A stretch of 52,483 nucleotides of DNA, taken from assembly GCA_010015585.1 (NCBI GenBank), contig ML975167.1; one strand, written 5' to 3'. The notes under the pieces are model-generated. The model was given only the letters and a program-made list of their open reading frames with translations, was not told the origin of the DNA and made no database searches. Shown piece by piece: positions 33,921 to 47,575 of the stretch; the first letter of the stretch is position 1; each line of letters opens with the position of its first letter. The stretch comes from Eremomyces bilateralis CBS 781.70. Its lineage: Eukaryota. The translations under genes were made by a program, and so were the position numbers.

Positions 33921-35185
33921 TTATATTTTCGAGATTTCCTTCATCCAATCGGGGTTAAGCTCAGAGCTCCAAAACGTGTCCGCGCCCCTTTCCGCTTCAT
34001 ATTCTTGCTTCCACAACGGAGTCTCGTGCTCTAGCCACTGTGAAATTGCCTTCCCCAGTTCCCTAGGCTTTTCAAGAGGAACAGTATGGCCGGCACCATC
34101 GATTACTTCTTGTGTAACCCTCCTGGGGGCTGAATGCGCGTAAACACCCTTGTCTGTGCCCAGAGTTTTGTGAGCAAATTCGGCATACTTCGGGATTTTG
34201 TAGATGTCGGAGTTCGCGGCCCAGATGACATGGATAGAAGGCACAAGCTCTTTCATCCGCTTTTGGAGCGCAGCTAGTTCATAGAGGTGGAATCCCGGAA
34301 TGACCAATTCTGCTCCGAATGAGTTGCGGTCGGTTGAGACGCCCGCAAACTCTTTCACACTGTTCGCCGGCACGGGTCTGAACATAGATCCAACTTCTTG
34401 TGCCTTCGGAGTGACTAATGTCACATAGGTTTTGCCGTCCGGACTGGTGACTTCTCTTAGATCATGTTCCATGACCAGTTCGAAGACTTCAGGGTCAAAA
34501 GCAGCATAATAAGGGCTTTTAAGGAAGGCTTTCCGCGCCTCGTCCTTGCTGGCCCAACGGTCCCTTCTTCTCGCCATAAGGATAGCTCGATGGTATTTAA
34601 GAGGCCGCGGCGAATAGCCGGTTGCGTAGACCGGATCCACACACACAATCCCGGAGAAGAGTCGAGGATGCATCAGACTCGCCATCATAAGAACAGAGGA
34701 GCCAACAGAATGTGCCACACCAACAATGGGCGCCGGCATCTTCTCATGGAAGTAGTTGACGATCTGAAGGACATCCCTAGCATCATCATTCCAATGAGGA
34801 ATATCACCAATTACATCCTCATTCAGCAGATACGATTTTCCATGCCTGCCGACGTTAGATATGACCATTAGGCAACACAAGGCAGAAACTGCACTCACCA
34901 GGCAATATCATAGGACCATATTGCCCGGATATGGTTTGAATTCCTGAAGATAGAGGTAAACAATGGCTCGTAGGATTCCTTCGTGAATCCGACACCGTGA
35001 TGGAATAAGATGGTAATCGGTTCGGTGGAGCCATCCGGTGCAATGTTCGGGGCGTATTCATTTACGGACAGTCGAAGAGAACGACGATGTTTTCTCTCGT
35101 CTCGTACACCTCGCTCGAAGCCTCGTATGTGAGATGCTGGTATGACATGCTGGTGGCAGGTCCAGACGCCATTACTTTTGTCCAT
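33921..35185 (-). CDS. Alpha/beta hydrolase (Abhydrolase_6, Lpx1-like), C-terminus -SKI
   Basis: Exons 35185-34899 and 34845-33921. HVIPASHIR, FHHGVGFTKESYEPLF, DIAWHGKS, nucleophile GVAHSVG, GAGHTVPLE. Confidence 0.88.
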
Positions 35186-35254
35186 GGTCGACGGCTGGAT
35201 GAGACGTACGCTGGGTCCCAACGTTTTCGCGTCCCTGATCGACGATGACCCGAC

Positions 35255-35423
35255 CCGAGGGGGTCAGAACGGTTTCCAAAATCCCCGCAGCCTAGAAGCA
35301 ACCCCACTCTGTCAACGACGCGGAATCGGTAAGTCGCAGTCGTATGGTATCATAAAGTATATCGTTCTCGTGCATCGTAACAACGAATTCGGAAAGGTCG
35401 TGGCGCAGACCGGGCATCCGAGG
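35255..35423 (-). promoter_or_regulatory. Two CCTCGG cores in the hydrolase/DLH divergent intergenic region
   Basis: CCGAGG at 35255-35260 and 35418-35423. Confidence 0.35.
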
Positions 35424-36007
35424 CTGTCAAAGTCGGGTCAAACTCCTGCCGGTTCTTCGGGGTTAGGAGCAACATGTAGACGGAGATAACGCTAGCACAA
35501 CCTAAAGGAGTACCGTAAGGAATGGCAAGTGAATCCAAATCCCACAAACCTCCAACCTCCGACCTCCGGCGTCTTTGTAGGTTAAGATGACCAATGGTAA
35601 GATGGATGGCCAGTGCTTTGGCTGCAGTTGATCGGTATATATCTGGATGGTGAACGGATTTAACGATGGATTTAAAGAACGACTCGTTAAGGCGGTAAGT
35701 CTCGAGGAGTGATTTAATCTGACACAACCCGTGCAGTAGCGCATTCAAAGATAAGAAAGAAATTAAAAGACAGAAGATAAAGACTTACATTTCAACGAAG
35801 TTTGTCATCTTGTCGAGAAACAATTTGTTCCAGAAACACGGTCCCCCACCATTAAGATCCTGGAGCTAATTATGAGACTGTGAGCTTGACTGCTTGAGTG
35901 ACATCAAATATTAACTGAACAGCGCGGTCTTCCTTCCAATATCAGCTGCGATATCAACTTACTTTTTGCGTCGTCATCCCCTCCATTCCTGCTTCTCCCA
36001 TCGCGCA

Positions 36008-36885
36008 ATGGCGTGTCCGGCTTGCGTGTCCGGCACATTGCATGAAGGGACTCCGTCCGGCAAGGAGGAAACGCTGTACGGCCTACCCACCTACGTCGCC
36101 ACGCCTCCATCCGGCACCCCTCCCAAGGGCACCATCGTGATCATCCCCGACGCGTTCGGCTGGACGTTCAACAACAACCGCATCCTTGCCGACAGCTACG
36201 CGCAGAAAGGCCACTTCCGTGTGCTGCTCCCGGACTTCATGAACGGCTACGTCCTAAGTCCCGGCCTCCTGAAGAACGCGGACTACATCTTGGCGGAGCA
36301 TAAGAGCTTTGGGACGCATACCTTTTGGAAGGTCGTGTACGCCGTGCAGGCCGTGGCCATCTTCTTGCCGTGGGCGTTCGCCACGAAGCCGGCGAAGACG
36401 TATCCCGGCGTCGTGAAGTTCATGAAGGCGCTCCGGGCGGAAGACGAGGACCATTCGGTCGGCGTCGCGGGATTCTGCTGGGGCGGGAAGCACACTTTTC
36501 TCCTGGCGCGCGATACGGAGAAGACGGCCGGGGGGAAGAGCCTGCTCACGGCGGCATTCACCGCGCATCCGAGCTACATTGCGTTTCCGGCGGACGTGGA
36601 AGCGATCAAACTGCCGTTGAGCGTGGCATGTGCGGAGAAAGACAATCAGATATCGAAAGACAATATCCTGGTCCTCGAGGAGGCGTTGAGGCAAAACCCG
36701 GCGGGGGGTGAAGTAAAGGTATATGAGGGAGCTACTCATGGTACGGAACTCTCATTGCCATGAGGTACGAAATGCTGATATTCATAGGTTTCGCTGTGCG
36801 AGCCAATCCCCACGTTCCTAAGGAGAACGAGCAAGGGATTGAAGCGGAGGACCAGGCTATTTCTTGGTTTACACGATGGTTGTGA
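36008..36885 (+). CDS. Dienelactone hydrolase family protein (Aim2-like)
   Basis: Exons 36008-36740 and 36788-36885. MACPACVSG, PDAFGW, LADSYA, nucleophile GFCWGG, AHPS, AEKD, THGFAVR. Confidence 0.92.
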
Positions 36886-37196
36886 TGACGGCCGGTGCTG
36901 TTCGTATTGGAGGCGTTAGGTTCGGTTTCAAAACAGTGTGGGGTTTAGGATATCAAGGGATGCGCCACAGTCACGCAGGATTATTTGCTAGCTCGTATCG
37001 AATTGAACCCCAGATTGCATTATTTTGGAATGGTATCTGAAAGGTGGGCTAGTCGCTAAGACTGTTGAGGGATCAAGCTACGAAATGGTCATGGAGATGC
37101 GCGCCTGAGGTGAGCCGCGATGCTCGCGAAGCAGGCAATTGAACCGCCAACCTACTGGTCTGCGTACAGGGCGGTGCGGCTAGGCATCATCGAACA

Positions 37197-39187
37197 TCAT
37201 TCAGCACCAGCATGCCACTTTCGTTTCCCAAGGATAGGATCAGGCGTGCTTCTGGCAGTATTCGAGGCAGCTATATTACTTCCCCCGGCCCTCCCCCCGG
37301 CACCGCCAGCGCCCATTCCCGACGCTTTGCTCAACTCCGCGTAGCAGCTTGCGTGATAGATCCGCCCGCCAATGTGCATCGCGTCAAACCATACCGGTTG
37401 CTGCGTCTCTTCGTGCCATTGAGCATCGAACTTCTCTTGACAGATGGGACAGTGGGCGTTGGCCAGTGATGCATCTGTAGGGACTGGGACGTATTGGTCT
37501 TTGGGGTCGGGCTTCTTGGCTTTGGAGGAGCCGCTTCCTTTGTCGGATGATGTATCGTCAGATTCTCGATAGTCGATCCATTCCTATTTGACGTCAGCAT
37601 GTACTTCGGTTCAGCAAAGGGAGACGCGGACTCACCCTCTCGTCAATATACCAGCTTCGGCTAATGACGCTCTTAGAGGTGTCGGCGATGCGCATATTCG
37701 TCTTGAAGTGCCAGTCGAGATGCCTGGTCTTCCGCTTCTTGCCTTCTTCGGTGGCGGGAAACCGACGTGCGCATTCGCGGCATTGATCCGGCCTGGCAGA
37801 GTAGAGCAACCGGATGAGATTCGGGCGTGATCTAGGCGGGTTAGATGAGTTCGGATGAAGTTGACGGTACACTCACATCTTCAATGACACCGGGTCCAAT
37901 TTGACATCATTAAGGGGTGCAGTTTGGAGCTGCGGTTGGGCGCTGGGCTCCGGAGTTGCGCGGCCGCCCCCAAGAAGACCAGCAGCTCGGAGTGAAGCGA
38001 GCAGGTCATTGGCTGGTTGTGGTGGAGGGCGCGCCTGGGAAGGGGCGGAGGCAGGAGTGGGATTGAATTGTCGCAATAGTTGAGAAAGATCCATGGTCGG
38101 AGGCTGTGAGGGCTGTGGTGTTGCTCGCTGGGAACTGGCTGCTGCCGGAGGTGGAAAGGGAAAAGGTAGAGCAACCGGCGGCGCAGACTGCGTTGGAGCA
38201 GGGGCAGGGGCAAAATGTGTTGGGACAGATGGTGTCGATGTCCGTGGGAGAAGGGCGCCCGATATCCGTTGAATCTCGCCTTCAACCTGCCGGATTTGAT
38301 CAGGGGCGAGACTCCCCGACTCGAGGACTTTCTGGAGGCTCAGGAGAGTGGTGAGAAGTGATCTTGCGCGTTCATCGGCTGGTCTTTGGGACACTTCCAT
38401 GGTGGCGGATAGAATGATCTGCTTCAGTGTATCTTTGATGCGGCCGATATCAGGCGGCGGCGCAGTCGACGGAGGCAGATACGGCTGCCGAGACGCTGAT
38501 GGGATGCCCTGATGCGCAGGAGAGAGGTAACGTGGGACGGGCGATCTAGGCGGCTCGGTGGTTTTTTGTGGAGGTATGGGATAGCCATAAGGTCCTTGAG
38601 GGTTCGGAGTCGGAGACTCTCTGTATTGCGGCTGTTGGGGTGGTCTGGCAGGAAGCTGACCGTACGGCTGCCTCTGATTACGGGCTTGCTGCTGCTGATG
38701 TTGGATGGTGACGGTACGGAACTTGATCAACGCGTTCTCAATTTCGCGAGTGACCTCGGCGGAAAAGACCGGTCTGGTATCCAAGGACTCAGGAACCGGC
38801 AGCTTCCACGTCTTGAGTAATCCTTCCATGGCTTTTCTGGTTCCAGGATCAACGAGGGTATAGGCTTCCATAAATGTCCTGAAGAGGTTCCGGCCCAAGT
38901 ATACGGTGTATGGGGTTCCGACATTCTTCACGATCGAGTCGAGGACATACAAAGCTGGTAATTTCCATTCGGGTCGAGTCTTGGACGGTTAGTTGTAGCA
39001 CCATGAGCATCAGGAGGCCACTTACCAATCGGATATGGTTTTCCAGTTCTCTTGAGATAGCTTGCGCATGTTCGGTGTTCTCCTTGGCGATTACGGTCAA
39101 GTTGCTGATTTCTGGTCTGCTGTTGATCTTCAGATCTTGCAAGGCATCTCTAAAGTCAGCAGCGACCTCCGCTGAATGTGATGCCAT
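37197..39187 (-). CDS. PCF11: mRNA cleavage/termination factor Pcf11
   Basis: CID domain (NSRPEISNLT.IA.EN, KLPALYVLDSIVKNVG), zinc finger QCRECARRF...HLDWHF, RSWY, second finger CPICQEKF...W...YHASC; four exons. Confidence 0.93.
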
Positions 39188-39897
39188 GAGGAATCAGGAT
39201 TTATTTGGTTTGCTCAGGATTCAAGTTGTATCTAAGGAGTCACGGCCAGCGGAAGAGGTTCTTCTCGTTGAGATGTGGCAAGTGATTGTGCAACTGCAGC
39301 TGCGTATTGCGAAGGAAATGAGAATGCTGAGACCACCAGACAATCCCCCAAATGCCACAAGTGACAGCCTTCAATACAGCTCAATCGTTCAGGTGCCGCT
39401 AACTAAGACCTCCGAAGGCTCTGATCACTGGATCGCCTCGAGCCGACGATGTCTGCTCAAAGCAACTCCTCAATAGCCCGTTGAATTCCTCCCACCAATT
39501 CTCAACCTTCCATACTCTATAGAAGGTTAGATATGACAGACCGTCATATGAGGGACTATCCCGTGCCGTGTGAAGGCGAGAAGCAGGCAGGTATAGCCAA
39601 AGCTCAATGGCACGGGGACGTGAATCCTGAAGTGTGCGTTGTCTGCTCCAAGTGACTGGGTATGTGCATCAACGTGAAGAAACTTCCAGACCTGACTTAT
39701 ATGGGGCACGAAGTTCTGATCGAGTATGAAGGATGAAATGTATTTGGCGAAAGAGTGAATAGAATTAGATAGACAAGTTTGAAGTTGAATCACGATGAGG
39801 ACTCTGAAGAGTTGTCGTCGGAGTTTGTGTGGAGACGCGGAATGGAAGGAGTGGCGCCGCCCGGCCGCCGGAGGTGATCTGTGCACAAACCATTCAA

Positions 39898-39987
39898 GGT
39901 GAGTGAAGGTGACTGGTGATTGGTGAACTGGTGAAATGGTGAATGGTGAAGGGTGAATTGGTGAATTGGTGATTAGGTGAGCCGTGA
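39898..39987. repeat. Degenerate 7-8 nt tandem repeat of GGTGA (13 GTGA cores)
   Basis: ggtgagtgaaggtgactggtgattggtgaactggtgaaatggtgaatggtgaagggtgaattggtgaattggtgattaggtgagccgtga. Confidence 0.9.
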
Positions 39988-40227
39988 AGTCACATGCTAT
40001 ACCACATATCACGTGCAGTGCTTGTGACCTCCTTGGCTCCTTCCTTTGAGTCTTGAAGTCATGCCATCATATGCCATCACCTATTCCTTAGTAGCTCCCT
40101 TTCCAGCAAACATCACAGGTATTTACCCTTATCTTTCCAATTTCCTCCTTTTACCGCCATCTAAATCGTCTTTCAGAATCGATCAACGATTCCAGCTTTC
40201 AAATCGCCGTCGAAACAGCACACAACC

Positions 40228-40574
40228 ATGAAGTTTCCCCTCTTTTCCTTGCTCCTTGTCCTCCTCGCGGCGTTCGCTTTAGCCACCGCCCCTCAGAAGT
40301 CTGTCGTTATCAGCTATCCTGAGAGCACGCCGGACCATGTATTGCAGCAAGCCAAGGATGCAATCCAGGCAGCGGTAAGTACAAATTCCGAGCCACACGG
40401 ATATTTCTAACGATGGATCAGGGAGGTATCATCACACACGAGTACAACCTCATTAAAGGATTCGCCGCCAGAGTACCAGTGAAGGTCCTCGAGTCCATCC
40501 AAACATGGGGCGCCGAGTACAATGCGCTGATCGAAGAAGACCAAGTGGTCTACACCAACGAAGAGGTCAATTAG
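40228..40574 (+). CDS. Small secreted proteinase-inhibitor I9 (subtilase propeptide-like) protein, 99 aa
   Basis: Exons 40228-40374 and 40422-40574: signal peptide, then SVVISYP...AKDAIQAAGGIITHEYNLIKGFAA...IEEDQVV. Confidence 0.85.
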
Positions 40575-41382
40575 CTTCCGTTGTGCATGAACGACATAAC
40601 CGGGAATTGCCGCACGACAGCGGGGTGCATCATGAGAACATGGCTAGGGGTTTTTATTGGTTATGAAGGGGATTGATTCGGGAAGACTCGTCTTTGACTT
40701 GTATCAGTCAAAGAGGTGTACATCAGGCGTTGGGTAACACGGGCCAGGGACGCTTGGTGTTGCTGGACTGGCGTATTTCCGGGACAAATTAAACCATTCG
40801 TATACTGCGGAGGCGGGGATTTTACTACGCTTCAAGCATTCATCTACCAGACCGAGTTCCAAGCAGAGTTATCTTCATGATTCTTGACTTGAATCCAACA
40901 GTTCGGCCCTACGTCATCGCCGTGGGGTCCTTTACTCCCTTCTCGTATTCTCTCAGTGTAGGGAGCGCACGACAGTGACCAAGAACTGAATCTGAAAGAA
41001 ATAAGAACAATGAGGTTCAAAGAATTCTTAAAATCGAAGACCGAGTATTGTTGAGATGAGAGAAACAATGGATCATTGTCAAACAGTCTCATACAAATTA
41101 GCCAATCACGACAACACTAGTTCCAGGTTCAAGCACCATCGACGTGATAACCTCCAGATTCCAACAACACGACACACTATACGCAAGTCAAAGAGAGACC
41201 TATTGAACGATGGGTATTGATGCGACATTGTTCTCTTTGTTCCCCGACTCCAACATACTTAAATAAATGTCGTCCCGTTATCGTTTCGCGCTTGCGAGAC
41301 AATTAACTAGAACCTAATCGCTCCATAATCTACCGAGGAGTTTCATGCCTGGTGCATACGCGACTCCAAGGACACATCCACC

Positions 41383-44151
41383 ATGACGAGCGAACGGTCT
41401 GACCTGTTTGAGCTTGGGCAATCGCTACTCCAATGGGTAGGGAATCGCTTCCGAAGGATCTCAAAATCGCTAACCGACGCATCTCGCAGATCAAGACATT
41501 CGAAACCCCTGAACCCGTCCGGTCCTACGATGACCTTCAGACCGGACATCTCATATGGCACGTCCTGCGCGATGTCGACCCGAACTACTTCCGAGGCGAC
41601 CTTCCCGAGACCGATCTCACCGCTCGCGATAACTGGATTGCCCGATGGCAGAACCTCAAGCACGTCGACCGAGCGGTGACTACATATATCCGGGAGGAGT
41701 GCAAACAACTCCAGACCCTCAGCCACAAGATGACGCCCGACCTAAAGGCAATCGCTGCCGAGGCGTCACCGGGAGAGACTATCAAATTGCTCAAAGCCGT
41801 GTTCGTTGCGGCCCTCTTCTCGGAGATGTCGAACGAACGGATGGTTGGAATCATTGGCGAGCTCGGCCCTCGAGCGGGCAATCTGTTCATGAGCATGATC
41901 AATGACATGCAGGAGCTCGATCAGAGGCTGGCAGAATACGGGGTCGAGGCTGAGGAGATCGCGGATCCAACCGAGCCGAGTTCCGATCCGGTGGTCGCAC
42001 GGGATCCCGAACTTGAGAAAGAAGAAAACCTGATCCAGGCTTATGCTGAGAACCGCAGCCTTCAAGAGCGCATTGATACACTTAACAAAGAGGTCGCCAC
42101 GCTATATACGACGAAGGAGGACCTGCAACATGAGCTCGACACTGTCCAGGACCGCCTGGCGAACCAGAACAAGGCGTCGACTAGTGAAGCAATCGAGGTT
42201 CTTCGGATTCAGAACGAGAAAGACCGCGAATATATTGCCGACCTCGAGAATCAGCTATCCACAACCCAAGATCAACTTCAGCGCGATCAGCGCGAGCTGG
42301 AGCAACTCAAGGCCGACGCTGTCTCGAAGTACGATCTCCGGGATCAACTGCAGCTTATCCAAGCCGAACGCGACGAGCTGTCTCGGAGAGACAAAGCCAA
42401 CGAGAACCTGAAGAAGAAAATACAGACCCTCAAAGAAGACGCGAGGGATGCCGAGTTCCTGCGCAACGACTTCCGGGAAGCAACCGAAAAGATCAAGGAG
42501 CTGGAGAAGATCCGCGAGGCATGTGCACGACTGCAGAAGTCGAACGCCGAGCAGTTCGAGACAATTTCCAACGGCGAACGCGAGATCTTCGCGCAAAAGA
42601 CCGCCCGCAAGCATCTGGAGCACGAACTCACCACCATCTCTCAGCGCTACGAGCAGATCCTGGAGTTCAAGAATCGTAACGAGGAGAGGATAAAAGAGCT
42701 TCAGGATCAAGTCCTCGACCTGGAGGCCCGCTCCGGTGGGACGGGCTTGGCCGACGAGCTCGACGACGCTGCCACAACGACCACCGGAGACCCCGAGCCG
42801 ACGCAATCCCACAAGCTTCAGGCTTCGGTGGCATCGTTCGGATCCCCCGAGTTGGAGGTCCTCCGCACACAACTTGAGACCCTCCGAAAGCGGAACGACG
42901 AGCTCGAGGAGCAGTATCTGACCCTGTTCCAGGAGAACCTGGGCCTCAAGAGCGTCCTCGACAACTCTACGGACGAGAAGAACGAGGACACCTCGTACTA
43001 TCTCCGACAGAAACATCTCCTTGACTCCACCACTGACGAGCTCAAGGAGATCAAAGCCAAGCTCGTCGAATCACTAACCGAAGTCGCCCAGCTGAAGGAG
43101 GGTGCGTCCAACGATGCCGAAGGCGCCGCCACCGAAGCCGCCGAAGCCCAGCAAACCCTCATCGGCAAATTACAAGCCGAGCTCGAGCAAGAGCGCAGCC
43201 TCCTCAAGCACGCCCTCAACCGCAAGGATGCCCTCGCCACCGAATCCGAATCCGAACACCTCCTCCACTCCATCCAGCTCGCCCGCACCCAACTCCTCGA
43301 CCTCACCACCGGGCCCCCCACCGAGCTCGACCAGCGCATTGACCAGAAAGCCGACGAGCTCGGCCACCAGATACATTCCTACGCCATGAACTCCTGGCTG
43401 GACCGCGAGGTAAGACGCGACATTTTCTCTTCTATCAACGCCACCATCTACGGGAACCTCAACCACATCGCCGAGAAAGACGCCCGCCTTCTTCTCCCCC
43501 CCGCCGCCTGCGGAGCTCCGAGCGGCTGCGGGCGATGCGGAAGGAGTGCCAGTCGCCTGGCACGAAGCACAAGTCGGACTGGTCGTGGTTCTCGTGGACG
43601 AGCGGGCCCGCGACGGCGGACTGCATCACGCAGACGTAGCCGTCGTCGGTCTACCGTCTCGACTCGCCAAACAGCACGTTTTCTCTTATCTGCACGTTCC
43701 AGCGCTAACTGTTCTTTACAGAAACTCGCGACGCGCGACGCGGAAGTCGAAACGCTCCGGACGGAGCTCGTGGCCGCGCGGAATAGCACACCGGCCGACG
43801 GTGACGTACGTATCTTTTCGTTTGTAATACTAAATTGTTCCATACTCACAAGATGTTTTTATAGCCTGTGACACGACAAGAGCTTGAATATCTACGACGT
43901 GAAAATACCCTCCTCACCACCGCGTGGTACGACCTGGCAAGCCGCATGCAGAGCAACACGTTGATGCTGCAGCGGCGGAGCGAGGCACCGAAGAGTTGGT
44001 TGGGGAGGCAGCGGGTGTCCGTTAGTGGTGCGAGTACGGTACGTTTGTCCCTTTTCATCTTCCTCGCTTTTCATAGAAAGCAATTTCTGTTGCTTGCGTT
44101 CATTCCTATTCTGATTCTTGGGTGCTGACTGTTGATTTGAAGCGGAGGTGA
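41383..44151 (+). CDS. hookA: Hook-family dynein/early-endosome adaptor
   Basis: Exons 41383-41436, 41490-43409, 43722-43805, 43865-44038 and 44143-44151. Hook N-domain (LLQWI.TF...DDLQTG..IW.VL..VDP.YF...W..RWQNLK), long coiled coil, conserved C-terminus RENTLLTTAWYDL...QRRSEAPKSWLGRQR. Confidence 0.85.
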
Positions 44152-44609
44152 TGTTTCGGAGGTGATGCTTGCAAGGTGAGTGGACGTGGGAGGGAGTGAT
44201 GTGACGAGATATATGCGCGTCGGGTTTTGATATTGGCTGCATTCATGGTCTACTTAGATACCCCAGCATTAGCATGGCGTTTTTCTGGGCTGTCGCCCAA
44301 GTGTATAGCATAGAGTCTGGAAGTGCATGATCGGTTGCTCGCTTTTGGAAATTGGAGCCTCAAAGTGTCGCGCCAATCTCAACTGCTGTCCCACTCTCAC
44401 ATCTCATGGTGCGATAAATTGGAATTAATGTCGATCGTCCCTTGAACCCATGGACTTGCCCTTGCATTGTCTATGTAATCCGATCCCAAGCTCTAACAAC
44501 TAAAATTACAATTGCCTGTGATGATTTTCCCGTTTCCCACCCCCATGTGAACGCCGCGCTTTTCCAGTGAAGCTCCTTCCGCCGTGGATGAAAACAGTTG
44601 GGTCGACAT

Positions 44610-46221
<1,612 letters not shown>

Positions 46222-46481
46222 GATGGCTGGCGAGGAAGGAAGGTTGGTAAACGGTAGATGGAGAGGAGGTCGCGATACGGGATGTCAATGGTTCAAGATG
46301 GATTTGGTAGTGGTTGGAATTGTGGTTGTACCAGCATGTGGAAGGAAAACCTTGAAACGGAGATATGCAAGTTAAGTGGTGTCTGGTTGGTCACTTTGCA
46401 CATCGACGAGGAAGAAGCTAAATCACTGCCTGATTGCCTGGTGATAGTGGCCCAAGCTTCAGCAGGGCGGAGGCCCCATAG

Positions 46482-46612
46482 CCGTTCCTTCCTTCAACAA
46501 CGATCGAAACAGCAAGACCGTCTATGGCCAGTTAACCAACCGTTCAAAGACCGTTAGGAGACTGTTCAAGAAGAATCGGACCGTTAACCAAGTAATTGGC
46601 TGCTTAACCGTC
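46482..46612. promoter_or_regulatory. Cluster of CCGTY/CNGTT (Myb-type AACGG/YAACNG) motifs upstream of RVB2
   Basis: CCGTT at 46482, 46540, 46551 and 46581; CCGTC at 46518 and 46608; CAGTTA at 46529; CTGTT at 46562. All are in one orientation. Confidence 0.4.
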
Positions 46613-47557
46613 AAAAAACCCCTATTTTGCGCTCTGCTGTTCGTTCTAACCTCAGTGCATGTGTCCACAGTCCGCTCAGGGCCTCAGGCACTTACCACTG
46701 TTCTGTGCAGCGGTTGGTGGTTTGCTGGGGGAGGCGATGCATCATGCATCCATCCCATTTTGAATTCCTAATGGTCCTGTAATGACTCATAGGCTATGGA
46801 GGGCAGAGGGGGTTGATAAAGATATTTGACCACATCGACGACGATGGGACCCTGCATATTCCGTTTGTACGTGTGTATCAGAAAGACTGCAATGGATTAC
46901 TACAAGATCGGATGCAATGAAGACCAGCAGAGTTTACTTGCAGCTTCAATACCTATTACTAGTCCTGGTTTTCATTCCTACTACTTGATTGCTAATTCGC
47001 TCCGGTTATGACGACGTAATAGATACCCTCCTGCGAATAATAATATTATCCAGAATCCAGAAAGATTGCGGTCTGCCCAAGTGCTGATCCCCTTCCTCGA
47101 TCCCCTTCCCCGACGAATCAATACGAGATAAGATGTCCCAACCCCCAAGCAGCCAATCAAAAGCAACTCCTGCACGATGACTCGCAGACGGCAGTTGTCC
47201 TCACTCCTCGAAGGCAGTATTCTTTATGCGAGCTATCACTTTTCCTCCCTTTTCAAGCTGATTTTATGGTTTCAAGCTTGCATCATGGATGCAGCCGCCA
47301 GACTAGGGTTTAGGCGTTTCGTATCGTCGGCAGTAGGGCGAATAACTTGGCTTTGCAGTAAAAAAACAAACCATCGGCCCGTTGCTTGCTTACGGGTGGC
47401 GGCAGCCGCTGCGCCGGCATGAATTCTGATTTCCAACGGATCCCGCTGATACGAAAAATCGAGTAGGAGAGAGTTGGCGTCGGCTCTTGGTCTTCCTTGT
47501 AAGATGGAGATCAAGCTCCTCGACAGGTTCTTATCTTCTCCTCTCTAATCCCAACCT

Positions 47558-47575
47558 CTTCTTCTTCTTCTTCTT
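47558..47575. repeat. (CTT)6 microsatellite
   Basis: Six perfect CTT units in a pyrimidine-rich tract. Confidence 0.9.

Noticed and set aside
39898..39987. Repeat-spacer pattern as CRISPR-like or telomeric
   Set aside because: Units are 7-8 nt with 2-3 nt spacers, the context is eukaryotic, and the unit is not TTAGGG.
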